Part shown: positions 13,200-32,950 of the stretch, in pieces
Layout of the letters: the number at the start of each line of letters is the position of its first letter
Position numbering within the stretch: position 1 is the first letter of the stretch
Source: Marsupella aquatica
Lineage: Eukaryota > Plantae > Marchantiophyta
Length of the DNA: 64,000 nt
Reading direction: 5' to 3'
Assembly: GCA_973895155.1 (NCBI GenBank)
Contig: OZ316895.1
Span: forward strand, 24,743,538 to 24,807,537
The notes under the pieces: generated by a model
Told to the model about the DNA's origin: nothing
The model's database searches: none
What the model saw: only the letters and a program-made list of their open reading frames with translations
Program-made: the position numbers and the translations under genes

Positions 13200-14495
13200 T
13201 AGTATTCTTTGTGGCGTTCTGCCCAACCTCGGCAGGGTCACTCTGATCTGACTAGTTTTGCATTTGCCTCTATCGGCTCCGACTCCACATCTCTTATTCT
13301 TCTCTCTGGGACTCTTTGTCTGCTTTGCCTTGGATGTTGGCCTAGGGACTTTCCAGGATCGGACATTTTTTGAGTTTGGGCTCAGATTGGAGGTGACATA
13401 TGGGATCTCCGTCGATTCCTATGGCGCTATATTCTGAAGCGGAGTTGGATGGCATCTTCTAGCCTATTCACTGAGTTGGTTATTGCTGGTCCTGGCTCTC
13501 TCCGCGGAGCGGTATCATGCTCTATTGTTCTTCACGGATTCCCTGGACCTTTTCTCTCTAGAATCATTTTGGAATATTTGCTACTTCTATCGAGATTTAT
13601 TGCCCGGCCGACCCCGATGCTGTCCATTCCGGGGACTTCTTGTTATCCGGCCAAGTATGCCTTTCCAATGCTGGCTACTCCAGGGGCTTGCCTTCTCCAG
13701 CAGAGTATGCCTGCTCGGCCGTCACTGCAGTTGCAGTTGTGCCCTTCTCGCTCATCTCACTCGACGGAAGATTGTTGGGGCGTCACTTGTCTGGAGTATG
13801 ATCTGATTGGGGGAGGTTATGTGGTCTTGCCAACGATGGGGTGATGTGGTGCACACATTCTTTTTTGGAATCCATTTCTGATGGTTTCATGCTGGTGATT
13901 TCTGAGGTGCCTCCGCTATGGGGACCTAGGGATGTTCTTGTCTCACATCCTTCTTTATTTTGGCCACTGGGCCCCTATAATTGAGACTCTAAGATTCTGC
14001 CGATATCAGGTATTGCCTGGCGCTGCTCTTTGCTAAGGATGGAGGAGGATGGTATTGGTGCGGGGATGCGATGGCATGGTGCAATATTGTGGTCACGGCC
14101 GGAGGGATATTGTGGTGTTTTTTTGGCAACATGTGGGGATGGTGTCTCTGGCGGCCAGTGGGGAGTGGTTTTGGATTGTTCCGGATTGACCCTGGGTGCA
14201 TTTTTGGTGGCTTTGCAGGCATGGGGTTCCCAGGTTTTGAATGTGCTTTTCTGGCATTTGGGTGATTTGCTCTGGTGCTCCCCTTCCCTTTCTCTTCTGC
14301 CTTGTTCTTTCTAGGCGGACGGGTTGGTGGTGCTCATTCTCTTTTCTCTATGGGTGTGCTCCCTCTTTCAGCCCCCTTAATTGTTTTTTCCCTTCTTTCT
14401 CTTGCCCCTTCCCCTGGCGGAGGTTGTAATCTTGGTTTACTCAAATAAAGTTTCTGGGGCGCTGCCCCTTTCTCTGATTATAAGAAAATAATATA
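13200..14495 (+). mobile_element. Degenerate L1-type LINE 3' fragment
   Basis: Trp/Cys-rich broken ORFs, then a T-rich 3' UTR, AATAAA, a GGGGC..GCCCC hairpin and an A-rich tail at ~14445-14495, as in plant L1 3' ends. The 5' boundary is uncertain. Confidence 0.4.
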
Positions 14496-15046
14496 ATTTT
14501 TAAAAAAAATGTGCATTACATCAAAAAAATAATAAATAAATAAATAAATATATATATATTGAAGACCAAATTTTAGATCTATATTTCCACCGGGATTTCC
14601 ACCCCCTTGAGACATATCCAAAATGACTATAAATGTAACATTGGTGGTGGCACTCTTTCCCTTAGAAGAAAGCGGGAAGGTTTTAATGAGACCACACCAA
14701 TGAATACCATGTACTACATTGATCTATCATTTACGGTTAGATGCTAACCCTAGTGTGGTTGCATTATCTATGATAAAACAACCAAGGGGGAGTGTTGTAA
14801 CCCAAAGGTTAGGTCAACATCCAACCCTAGTTAGAGGATTAAGGTAGTTACTATAACTACAACTACATGTATACCTAGGGTGGTATTAATAAACCCCCAT
14901 GAATGGATGAATCTTGATTATTGGTGGACTTGACATTTTTTCTCCTAAGAATTATCTCCACCTCTCAACATTACCCAAGTTATTGAAGGGGTTATCGATC
15001 ACCCTTGCAATCGGCATGAATAATTCCAGGTATATTCCTTGAAATC

Positions 15047-16700
15047 ATTTTTTGTTTATTTAATGTGGGCCACAAAACCTAGTGGCAAGGGGGAAACAAG
15101 CCAGCACGTACACATGAAACCAAACCAGCCAGCCCAAGAGAGAGCTGAAACAGTAACACACTGATCTAACTGATATCGCCATCCCAGCAAGGGATTTTTC
15201 GAGCGCACCAAGTGACCGGGTGGGTCTCATCAAAATGGGTGTACCCAGAAGGCCGGGACGTTCAGATCATCCCTATCAACAATCTACTAGGATTCATCGG
15301 ACCTCCCTGGGTCTCATCCAAAGGTAATCCACATGTGGCGGCAGTGCAACCATGCAATTCTTTCATGATTAATGATCTCCTTCACACAAAGCAATCTAGA
15401 GTGGTGCCTCCCAGGAGACACACTTAGGCCAACCGCTGTCACATGATCAGCAACTTCTGCAAGAATAAATCTAAGGTCAAATTTCCTACAACCATTAACC
15501 TGAAACATCTGTGCATTACGGCCTAGCCACATTGACCGGAGGATTTGATTAAAAACAAACAGTTTTGCTACTATCTAAGGGTCCTTTCTCACAGTCAAAT
15601 CATTAAGCTCTAGGAGCTTGTCTGAGTAGTTAACACAAGTGCCTTGGAAGCATCCAGCTCCCAATGCCCAACATCTTCTAGCATGCACACATTGAGCAAA
15701 TAGGTGAGGAATAGTTTCAATAACCCCGCTACAAGGTTTATAATGCCCATTCCCTTTACCAATGCGAACTGCTCGCACTCCAGTAAACAACCCTGAGGCC
15801 AGAACTTCCAAATAAAAGGTTTTGCCCATGAGGACAAGTTTGAGCACCATAAGCTAGTCCAACTCTTGTTCCATTCAGCTTCAGTTTTGGTGCTGCCCCA
15901 GGTACCATTCAGATTGACATGATCCCCTACGGCCGGGCGAGTGAGAGTATAGGCCCTCCGGTTATTGATTCTAAAGAATGTTAGGGGGTCCGGTCTGTCT
16001 GCCCAACACCAATTGTCGGGACCAGGCTCATGAGTCATACTGCAGCCTTCAATCTCCCTTACCTTCTGCACATATACCCTGCAGCAATCCCTCGCTTGCA
16101 AAGTGAATCCTCTGAGATGCTCTTGTAATCCCTCCATGTGGCGCCATTCATTCAATTTGCTAGACCAGAGATCCTGAATACAGTGAATACCCAGGCGGCC
16201 ACACATCACCTTTACCACTGCAAAGTCCTTGTTGGGCCAGGACTGAAATCCTTTTTAAGACAACGTAGAGTGTCATTTACATTCCACCTCCCTAGCATCA
16301 AATGAGATGGCAAAAAAATCAAGTGCACACAAAGCTGGGTCCAGGCTTTCCAGAGCCCCCCAGTGTAAGCTAATCCGTTAAACAAGTGTGGACAACACAA
16401 CATCTTGTCTTGGAAAGAGTACTTGTTCCTGCGAATCAGTTTGAAGTTCATCCATCCAACGAGCTTAAGGTTTTCAGCAAAAAGGCTGGCCCACTCCGTG
16501 TTGGGAAGTCGAGTGCCCCCATAAACCATTTGGATAGAAGCGCACCAGAGTGACAACAAAAATCCTTAAGGCCTAGTCCACCTTCCACTCTAGGCCGAGC
16601 CATCCTGGCCCATGAAATAAGAGTTACACGTTTTCCTCTCTTTGGGTTGAAACCCCACAAAAAATCCCTATAGAGCGCAATCTTAGATGGGTTAGCATGT
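15047..16700 (-). mobile_element. 5'-truncated L1-type LINE (ORF2 C-terminus, zf-RVT region), frameshifted
   Basis: WG..ISWARMARPRVEGGLGLKDF, WTSLWCSNLSSWAKPFIWK, C..ETIPHLFAQCVHARRCW and MWLGRNAQMF are typical LINE ORF2 motifs; minus-strand A-rich tail at ~15047-15060. Confidence 0.85.
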
Positions 16701-19117
16701 CTACAATTTGAATTTTCTCTTCCAACTGACCGAAGACCTTCAAATATGCATGCGTAAAACTTGCTACTTACCCTTCATTTTCTTCTTGGTCATGTTTACA
16801 TTTCCGAGTTTGCATGCATATCCTTTGCCTACCTTCGCAAAATATGTGAATTTATTCACAATTGACTTTCCTTCACGCACACATAATACTTGCTTGTTCT
16901 TGCTCAATTTGGTGTACAATATAACCTCCATCAAACATCAATTACCTGGCTTAGTTTTCTAAGGATACTAACTAATTTCCTACATATGTTTTGTAGGAGC
17001 GCCGAGCATCACAATAGACTGGCGGAGCTGATCTCCTATGGAGATCACATATATCACTTATCATGGTCTGTTCCTCGACCGGGACGTCGGAAATTTTGAC
17101 TGTTGAGACATGCTAGGTTCTCGGCTTTTTGCACGGCGATAGACAACAACCTTGAGGACCTCAACTCTGCCCATGCAGGTTCTTTCCATGGCGACAGCTG
17201 AAGCTTTTCATATGTGTGCTGCATGGGCATACACTGAAACAGTTCCTCGTTGACAGAGGTATGTTGTGTATTGCAAACTAGCATATGATGTTAGCTTTGT
17301 CGCCATAACACCCTTCCCAGCAGCAGTCACAGTTGTAGTGCAGTCCACTTGGGAACTACTAGGCGAACAACATGTGGGTTTCTGAATTTAGATTTCTAAC
17401 TTGTGTTTTTTTCTTTTCATCATTGATGTTTCATCACTTGAGTTTTCTTTTCATGGGTTCTTTGTTTCACCAGTGTTTTTCATGTTTGTTTCACATGTGC
17501 CATTCCCAACAGCAAGTGTAAATAACTTGGGAGTTGCTAAGCAAATACTATGTTGGTGTATGCCTTTAGTGCTCTAAGGCTTTGTACCTATGCCTTTCCA
17601 TGCATGTTACTTTACTTATTGTTCCAAGGTTTCTTTGTTCTACTATACTATTTCTTTTTCTTTGTTTGGCATGTGCCTCCTTTCTCCCAGTTGCACCACA
17701 AAATCCGTGGGAAATGTGAGGACAAATTTGTGATCGATGTCATAAGAAGTGTAAACTTGAACATGAAGTTAACAATTGCTGGCTATAAACATGTTTGCTA
17801 TCGAGAGACATTCTGGGAGTTGAGAGAACATGGCGATTCCCTTCAGCCCAGCACAAGCAGAAACCCCCATATCATTTACAACTGCTTTTCAAGCCCAACA
17901 CACTCACGAACCGCCATGGCTATGGCAGCAGCCCACCACACAAATGACGATGGCATTGGCATTCATGCGAACAAACTCACTGACGGGATGTCCCAACATG
18001 CATTTTGGCGGACCTCTGACCCAGCTTGTATTGTGGACCCTGGCTGGGGCTTTTCGGCGGACCACTGGCTCCGCTTGTATTGCGGAGCCTGGCTGGGGCT
18101 ACAGGCTCTGGCTGGGAGGCAGGAGCTGGGCCTTTATTGGGCACCTCACCTCTGGAGAAAATGAGCTGACCAATATTTGGCGCTAGCTGTATTTATATGT
18201 AAATACAGTGGCGGTTGAAGCAAACACCAGAGCACACAGCCATTATTGTATCCTATACATAAAACCACCCGGGCCAGGATCACGGGCGCAGCACATGCCC
18301 GTGGCTACTATTACACTAGCTACACTACTGGAGCCAAATAGTTTACACCAACAGTAACAGTCGAGGACTGTAGTCTGTAGGGGCGGTCCCTTGAAAACCA
18401 GACGGGTGCCGACGACCGAACTCGCTCTATCTGAATGCACCCACTACACTGCACTGCACTGCACTATTGAGCGTAGTGTGCTTCAGTGTATGTATGTCAT
18501 TGGTCTCGTTGGGTGCGAGATCGATCGATGTTGCTTCGAGCAACAAATAGCATCGGATCGGTATGAGCTCTGCTGCGCAATTCCGTGGATGCGAATCCGT
18601 TGTCCGAGCGCTTTCGGTCGGAGGTTGAACGCGAGGTGGGTCGTGACATGCGCTCCGCTCTCGGGTCTCCCGGAAAGTGCCGAAGGAGGACGGACAGCCA
18701 CAGTGCTGGCTGGCTTGCTGGGCCCCGACTCCTCCTCGTCCTCCTGTTGCTCCACAGCATTTTGATTTGACGACTGACTTGAAAGGTTCAGTGCAAGAGA
18801 GGAGAGGCAAGGCGGAAGAGGGCTGGGCGGTCTCTCGGTGGCGTAGGTCGGAGGCTCCACTTTCTCCGGACCCGTCTACTGTTCCCACAATTTGGACGAG
18901 GAAAGGCGAAGTTCGGGACTACGACGGAACAGGCCGGAGGAAGGGAGCTCGACTTCCTTCGTCTAAGAAGGAGAGAGCTAGAGAAGAGGGAGGAGGTAGA
19001 GTAGAGGTTAACGAGGAGGCAGGAGTGAGGCAGTAGGAGTGGAAGAGCAAAGGGAGAGGAATCGAAGGAGCACGAGAAGAGCAAGAGCAGGAAGACAGGA
19101 GCAAGAGGAGAGGAGAG

Positions 19118-24643
<5,526 letters not shown>

Positions 24644-25703
24644 TCAATCCGATTCTTTCTGGCTGCTGAATAGCCCAGCATTCGGTACATGGGTGACACA
24701 AGGAGTCAGTTTAAAAGCGGAAGTCCGACTGAAACAAGGATCTCTGCTAGAAACAATTGTATTCCTAAAGGTCCTCGATGATTATTTGTAAACCTTTTGT
24801 TGTTAGACCCCCGGCACCAATAAAGAGAGGAAGCACGTAACATACAGTGGGGGCAATTGGGATTGATGGTAGAGGGATATTTAGTCCAGAGTACAAATTC
24901 TGGGCGTATGTTGGATACCTGTCGAGTAAAATTATCATTATGTCCTTCACGACAGGTTTTAGGGCTCTGCCCCAGATGGATCCTGGTAGGTAGTTTATTT
25001 TGGGAGGCAGGGGATTGTTACATAAGTGCGAGATGGGGCTTCTAAGTGAACACCAATGAGACATCTTCGTGGTCTTATCAAGCAATTTCTCTGGGGCTCA
25101 ATCGGTGCCTTACACTTGCAGTGTCGGATTTCACTCTTGACAGGCAGCAGTAGACCAAGTTACGCTTTTAGTTTCTTAGCAGTGTGACATTTTGACATTG
25201 TTGGGGTTGGCCATGAGCTAGTTTCTGTGGCAAATCTTTACCCATGCTAATGCCATTTATGGAATTTAATTAGTCTCTTAACCTCAACATCATTGTCAAT
25301 GTTCATAAGTTAACAGTTCTCCCATTGAGGGAGGGAGTTGTGTGGGGCGGCGCTCATATCATAGGTCTGACAGTAATTGTTTTTCATGCTAGATCACAGA
25401 TGTCTCTGTTGTACTGCCTCGATGGACTACCATTGTAATGTACCGCTAACGCAGATGACAGGGTGCTCACAGAAAACGAACTAATCTCTAGAGGAATCGT
25501 GGGGCTAGCAAAATTCAAGCCTTGGATACCGTGAGGATCGATCTGATAATATTATTTCTGTTTGTTGTATGTGATACAAAACTTCTAAAGGGCTGGACGC
25601 GAGAACATGGTCCGATCTGCCTTTCTATGTGTTATGTGAGAAATTCTGCTTGTTCTGTGCGATACAAAACTCTTGGGCTCAATCTGCCTTGGTGTAAAGC
25701 TCC

Positions 25704-25784
25704 TATAAAGCCACATGGCAGTACTCCGCTTATAAAGCCACATGGCAGTACTCTGCTTATAAAGCCACATGGCAGTACTCTGCT
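25704..25784. repeat. 27-bp tandem repeat x3 (TATAAAGCCACATGGCAGTACTCYGCT)
   Basis: Three head-to-tail copies differing at one base, between the SEC23 and COG6 3' ends. Confidence 0.9.
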
Positions 25785-26611
25785 AATGTTCAACATACAA
25801 TTTGATGCTCACAAGCAACACACAATTTCCAATTATGTTTCCACTTTCATGAATGCGCCGTTCAATCGGAGGTCTTTTGAGGCCCTCACTGGCATCCTCT
25901 CGAGTTCTTGAAATTGGAGTATAACCTCTATTACTCCTGATCTGGGTACGCCTGGTCTGGGTATGGGGTTATTGAGACCCTCAAGGGCATCATGTATTGC
26001 CCTGAGCCTTGTCCATCTTGGCAAGGAGGCTTTTCGGGCCCTCAAGGCCCTAGAGGGCATTGTAGAGTGCCTGAAATTTAAATTACATTCTCTATCATTT
26101 CTAGTGGATCCCCGGCGATAGACTCTTGACGTATCATCGAAAACTAACTGTAGGTAAAGTGAGGGAAGGGACCGGGAGGCTTGGGAGACAGAGTACACAT
26201 CCGATGCCAAAGGTATGAGGCCGCGGCCATCGTCCAAGTAACAACTAACAAGAATCGCAACATAAATAAGATTGAGATTGGCTGTCGACTTCTGCTCGGT
26301 CTAAAAATTTGAATAGAAGTTCTATTTAATTTCTTTTCCCCTGGACCTTGGCTACTAGCAGGATAGATGCTGACAACACCAAACATTGGAAATTATATCC
26401 AAATCGCCTTCACCCGCAATCGTCAGAGAAAAGCAAGCTCCTTTTTCAGTTGCCTTGCAGTACCTTAATGATTTACCCTAAACTGGGCAAAACGATGCGG
26501 CTCACTTCCTTAGATTTAGCGACAGCCTCAGAATACCACAAGAAAGAGTAACACCTCTAAGAAAATTATTGTTGCAGTTTGTTAAAAATGCATGACTATT
26601 TAATATCTAGT

Positions 26612-29600
26612 TTAGACTCCAAGGATTGTTCGAATTTGATCAGGACTGCGCCGCAGCATTGACTTGGGATCTGGGTAGTGATTAGCTGGGTCTGTGACTG
26701 CTAAATAAATGGATTCATACGCATCTATCAACGCTCGTGCTACCTGATTCGCTGCTTCACTGCGAAGTCGAAGGACTTGCATTTGCTGAAATTCTGGCAA
26801 AGGAGCACCATCGCTTCCTGCCAGGTAGTCTACAAACATTTTCAAGGACTCTGAAACGGCTGTAGGGGACATCTCCTCAACCTCCGCCAGAGGTCGCTCG
26901 TCATCGACTTCTTCGTCCTTCGGCACAATTTCGCCTTTAGGAGAACGCTCCATAATATATGAGACCTTCTTCTGAAGTCCACATCTCTCTAGAATGGCTG
27001 TTACTTCCTGCTCCACTAAAGCAGCAATATGTCCTTCAATCGCACTTGCGAGAGACTTCACACAGGTTCGCGCAACCTCAGAACCCACCAATGGTTGCTG
27101 TATTGCAGACAGGCAGTTCACCAAGTATATCCTACGCAGTGCATTCACTCCCTGTTGACAAACACCCGGAAGAAGAGAAGCTATCATGTTCAGCAAGCAC
27201 ACTAATGACACACAAAAATGCAAAACAATGAATTCGAAACAGATACGTAAAATCCATGCTCGCAGAAACTGTAACTTACTTGTGCAGGCATATTACTTCC
27301 CAACGGTGTATCTGCAGAGATTGTCCTAAGAAGTGAAGGCGATGGAGATGGAAGCCTGCGTCCCATATCTGGAGCCCCACTATTTATGCGCCTCATTCCT
27401 GGTAGCTGAGATTTTATATTATATGACTCTGCCGCCTTCGCACACATCTACTTGACAGAATCATCAATAAATGAGAAAAGGAAAGCATTGATTAAGAATC
27501 ACATACAAGACTAAGAATGGTGGCAAAAACACGCAGACGTGTACAGCTACATGAAAGTTGTAACAACCCCCGCAAAAGAGATTTACACTGAGCAGATCAC
27601 TCAAGCCATCTGTACCTAGACTATGTTACAGACCTGTATGAGAGGGTCGACGACAGCAGTGATAACTGGCTCAAACTCAGGCTTCTTTCCCCCGGCAGGG
27701 ACCATCATTTTCGTATAGTTATCTATAAGTTCTAGCAAAACACTAACACCTTCAGTAACTGCAGCGGGTGGGGACAAATCAACTGCAACAAGAGATGGAT
27801 AACGGAGTAGCTTGTCCCCCCGAGCTTTTAACATGTCAAAAAATGTGCTTTCCGCAGCATCCTTGACATCTTTGACAGTGACTGACAGAGCTGCACTTTG
27901 TCCGAGAAGTTCTGAAATCTGCACAATAATCTCTCGTTCTCAGCTGATCACACAACATGAGTTTATTGCGATAAACCACTGTAAGCAATGTCTTTTGCCC
28001 AATCTTCGTTCAGACGTCCCGTGCCCTGACATAATATTCCACTTAAAAGGCCTTGCACATCTGGTTGGCGGAAAAAACGCCATAAATCAGGAACATTCAT
28101 TTCTACCATTGATTTTTCCAAGTTGGATTTCCCCAAACATGATCACAGAAAATAGTCGATGCTTAAGAGACGTACAGTATGACTGTAGAACTCCAAGAGA
28201 TTGCTGAGTTTGTACGAAAGTATTAGACCAGGCTGGGTCTGTAAAACTTGCTCCACGCGCACTTTGAAGGGCCGGCAAACCCCCTCAAAGACACGGTCCA
28301 ACACAAATGTCATATCTGCATCGACCTTTCCTTCTTCTCTCTCCTGGTCTTTGAAAAATCGACCTGACTTTGATGCCAGTTTCCAAGAATCTGCGGTAAA
28401 TCGCTGGGACGTGCTATCTCCTGAGGCATTAGCATTTGAGCTGAAGAGTGCTGTGGCGAGTTCTCTTTCAGATGCAAGTGCCTGAAAAGAGAATCCAAAC
28501 AGACATTGAAGGTAAAAATCCTTGATGTCAGAATGATTTTACTTCCAAAATAGGACAAACCCTTGAAACTACCTAAGACCTGTACTACGTCGACACCAAC
28601 ATCTAACTCAAAGTTCCCTCTATGAGCTCGTAATTCATAGGACAGTACTCCCAGCAACCTTTTTAACCGATCTAAATTTTCTGTTTGACTTCGGAATGTT
28701 CAATATCAGTTCAATGTCTATCTGGTGATTCTCTAAGGATCGTACATACAACCAGTCCGGGGAAACGAGCAACTGCTGCTATCCAACTAGGTAGAGAAAT
28801 GGCGGCACCTGATGAAGCCAAGCCAACATGTCACCGACATAACGGAGAGGGTCATGTGCATGAACTTCTATTGGCCTTGGCATTCCTCCAGGTCCACCAC
28901 GGGTAAGTGCACTTATAAAACGTCGGAAAAGAGCATTATGCCTTGTATTTGCCACCTGCAGAGCAGTTGATAGTGACAAGTGAGATGCACAACATTTTAT
29001 GAAACGAGCCACCGGTGCATGATAACAAACATGGACTTCCCACCTCGCAGAACCAGGGATGAGGAACAATACCAATAGATTGGAGGGAAGGGAGCAAACC
29101 TCTTCTGCACAATACTTAAAAAGAACAGGCCTTTCTCTCAAAGATCTGGCAGCCACCTTCAGCAGGTCGCTGACCTCTGGGGTATCATTGTCTCCGAGGC
29201 TTCGGCACTCAGCCTGAACCCATCTGATCATAAAATACAGTCAAACTGGCAGCTTGACAGTGCATTGGTTTGATCTTATTACCTAACGACCCTTCCATTC
29301 TTGTATTCATTCTAGCTTCGTCATTGAGCAAGTATGAATATATATCACCATATATAATAATACAAAAAACAAATGCTCGAGAACTCTCCGTGGAAAGGGC
29401 CAACGCTCTAACAAAGTACCTTCCACCCCATCAATAAAAAATGGACTCGGCCTTGTAATGCAAAATAGATTATTGTTGGTCTGGAGCGTCAAGTTTAAAA
29501 CAGACATTAGTGCCATGTCCAATATCAGCACTTTTATCACTTTATCACCGATGACTTTAAGGAGGATGAGCAAAGCATTCTTCTTAGAAATACCTGCAGA

Positions 29601-31307
29601 GCCGTTCGTAGGCTCCTTCTTGGTAGACAGCCATCATGTCCATCAGCTCCAGACCAGCTCGCTGCAATTACAAATTAAGATGAATCTCTCAGCGTCGTTT
29701 GGTACTTTGTCATACTTTTACAGTAAACTCACGCATCGGTATGGTCATCAGTAAAGCATCATCTCGAAAGAGCAATGGGCAAAACCAACTTCGGCTGTTT
29801 GTACTGCATAGAGAATTCCTTACCTTGATTACAGAATACATTACCGGCAGCATATTGTTGATGTCCCATTCCACATAGAAGAAAACAAAAGATAACTGCC
29901 TTTCTCGACTCTTCTCGATTCTATTTTCAACCACTCATTCAGTTTTTGGCACCCTACGGACCAAAATCGAAATCTACCGACTCAAGCCCTTTCGCGTAAT
30001 TCCATAGCAAGCAATTTTGGAGCAGATACGTACCTGATGATGTGTTCTGAGCAAAACCTTGCAATTCGCATGAATTTCCTGCACACGGGCCAATGCTTTG
30101 AAGAAATTTCCATTCAGATCTTCTTCCCTCAAGGCATTAACCTGCAACGAACAATTTTATCTCTGCATTAACTGATGTTATCAATCCTGGCGTATTCATG
30201 ACCTAGTTGAATAGGCAAAACGATGTCTAAAATACGATTTGAAACCCAATCCAATCCTACAATGTCTGGAACAAAAACAGTTTGACAAATACATTGTTCA
30301 TGTCACTAGCCCTCTCAAAGTAGCAGCCCATCAACTGAGAAGTTTGACATTAAGGTCAAGCTTTCACATTCCCAGTACTGTCAAAAGTAATATTCCCGAA
30401 CCTTTCAAGCATATAACAACATGCAACCTAGCTCGTACGGACCAAGGGGAACATTAGAATGGACAGGAAGAAGGGTGGATCTCATTTTGGGTTGTACAAA
30501 GACCTCTTCTAGGGATAGTTGATAGTTGTGGAGGAAGTTGGAAATAAGCTCTTGGCGTTGGGTAGTTGTCTCAAGTTCTTGTTTTAGCCTTTCGGTGGCT
30601 GTCACAATATCCCCGGTAGTAGCACTGCAGCTACTCAAAGACTTTGCAATTCTGCGAAATGAAACCAAAATTTCTAGTGTCAGGACACATCATCTTGCCG
30701 TTACATTGCCTGCCGCTTCTTCAGAGAGTCACTTCCACGATGGTATCTCAATGTATGCCTTCCTGCATTGCTCTAGAGGACAATGTAGTGATATTCTCGA
30801 TTCTCGCAAAAAACATACACAATATATCTTCGCGTCGTATCTGAATCCACTGAGCCATCTAAAGAAAGTCACCTGTCGCAGCACTCTGCAAGTCCACTGA
30901 CCTCGTGCTCCACAGCGTCAAGGGCCTGTAGACGCATTCAGCAATAACGAATATGAATCCACAGACCGGGTGTGGCCAAGACTGTGGGTGATTTCCACGG
31001 AAACAAAATTCGGTCAATCAGCGCAAATCTCTAGTCTAAATATGCTTTTCGATGAACCTAGCTCTGAACGAAAGAAGAGCTCCGAGCTCACTTTCTGTGC
31101 TGCCTCAGACGCTCTGAGAAACTGCTCATTGAGTGAAAGGCCCCGTTTCTCGATTGTGGATTGCAGACTCCTTCTTGCCTGCAACGAATTCTCGGTGTAA
31201 AACGATGAGAGCGTTGTGAGCGACGCTAGCAGCTCAGGGGAATCGGGACGCGTCTCCAGCACTTTTTTCAGCCTCCGGGCCAGCGCTGGTGCTAAATTGG
31301 CGCTCAT
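26612..31307 (-). CDS. COG6: Conserved oligomeric Golgi complex subunit 6 (11 exons, ~720 aa)
   Basis: LARRLKKVLETR, LLRTHHQRAGLELMD, FISALTRGGPGGMPRPIEVHAHDPLRYVGDMLAWLHQ, SPDQIRTILGV. Exons 31307-31092, 30925-30873, 30651-30504, 30141-30034, 29661-29594, 29223-29100, 28955-28809, 28481-28176, 27918-27634, 27447-27280, 27151-26612 join in frame (2163 nt). Confidence 0.95.
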
Positions 31308-32950
31308 TTTGACTCAATGCCGCCGCCTCACCACCTCAGCTTCGTCTAAAGCAGCATGCTAGCACAGACACGCTCCAATCGAGCTCGATCTGAAGATTTT
31401 CCTCGTTCGCCCTCGTGTCTCCATCTCGCAACCTTCTTCTCTGTGCAGACTGCAGAGTGCAAGAAGAAGAAGGATCATTCAGATCTCGACTTCCGGGGCT
31501 TCGCTCGATACGGGGACTGACTGATACAAGAACGGCATGGGGCAAGAACAAAACACATTTATATTTTGTATTTCTAGAGAATATTAAGCCCGGAACTAAG
31601 GGGTTTCGTAAACTTATCTGTCAATTTATAAGCAGGAAAAAAGGCATTTTTGGGTAGGAAAAAAGGCATTTTTGGGTAGTCTTTTCACTTTTGGTAAGGA
31701 CGCCTCCACTACACCCTGACCAAAAGGCAGCTTCACTTTTGCTAAGGAGTCCTCGTGTACACCAGACCAACTATAAACTATAGATATTTGGCAAAGTTAT
31801 ATATTTATTTGGGTAACTTTTGTATTTTTGTTTAATTCCAAGTTTTACCTTCATGTTTATAGATGTTCTATCTATCTAATAATTAACTAATTCTTATGAC
31901 ATTAATTACACCTAGATCATGGTTACATTAGCCACACAACCAAATTACATGTACACAAAAGGTTGATTCATTCATTTCAATAGTTAGTATCTCTGATTTT
32001 CATGTCTCTATGATTTATGGTCCATATAATATCATATCATAGCACCAATAATGGATGTTTCACTTTTTTGAAAAACTTTTGTGAAATAGTTCCGGGCATG
32101 AGGTACAGATCACTATTCTCGGGAAGGACACCCCTATAAGTTTGGGCATGAGAAGCCACTTATTATTGGGTGAACCAAATAAAACGGGTTGCAATGGTCA
32201 GGAAGAGTGTCAGATTCAGTCAAACAATGAAAGGTGTCACCTAAATTTCTTGAGATGTGCCAGAACATCCAAGGTTTGCAATCTATCGTGGCTTTATTTT
32301 CGATGATTAGTAAATATAGTGTAATCAAAAAATTAAAATGAACACAATTGTTTTGTAACGCCACCCTTAGCGAACTGGTTCTCTCGCTGTCTTGTTCGTC
32401 GTTCGCTCTCTTCGCTCACCGGTCTTGGCTAGCCGTGTGTGGACTCGTCTATTCGTTTGGAACTACAATGGTATGTTGAAGCAATTTGTTGAAGCTCCGC
32501 GCAACAATTTGGGCTCCATTAAACAACAGTCTGTCTCGTTAAAGTCGTCCACAAGCAGGTCGAAGCATTTTCTCAAGCTCCCGCAAGGAAGTCCTGGCTC
32601 GTATGCACTCTCATGTTTTCGTTCGCTACTACATTAGGTTGAAGCATTTTGTCGAAACTCTGGACTGAAATCTTAGCTTTACGAACACTGTCTGTGCACG
32701 GGATTTTAGAGCTTTCAGTGATCTTTGATTTGACGCACTAAGATTTCTGCAATGATGTCTCCTGCAGTTCACTTGAATGTCCCTTCGGCAATCGGGACTC
32801 CGGGTTATGCTGGTTTAGCAAGGATCTGACAAACATTAAGACTCCCGACCGGTTTCTTCACCTGTCCCGTGCGATTCCTCTCTGCGGACACAACACCTTT
32901 GTTAGGGAGAGCCCTCACTTCTCTCGGGAATTTGGCATCAGGCATCCGAT

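Noticed and set aside
18391-19084. Many overlapping ORFs upstream of SEC23
   Set aside because: GC- and GA-rich promoter/5' UTR sequence with no recognisable domain.
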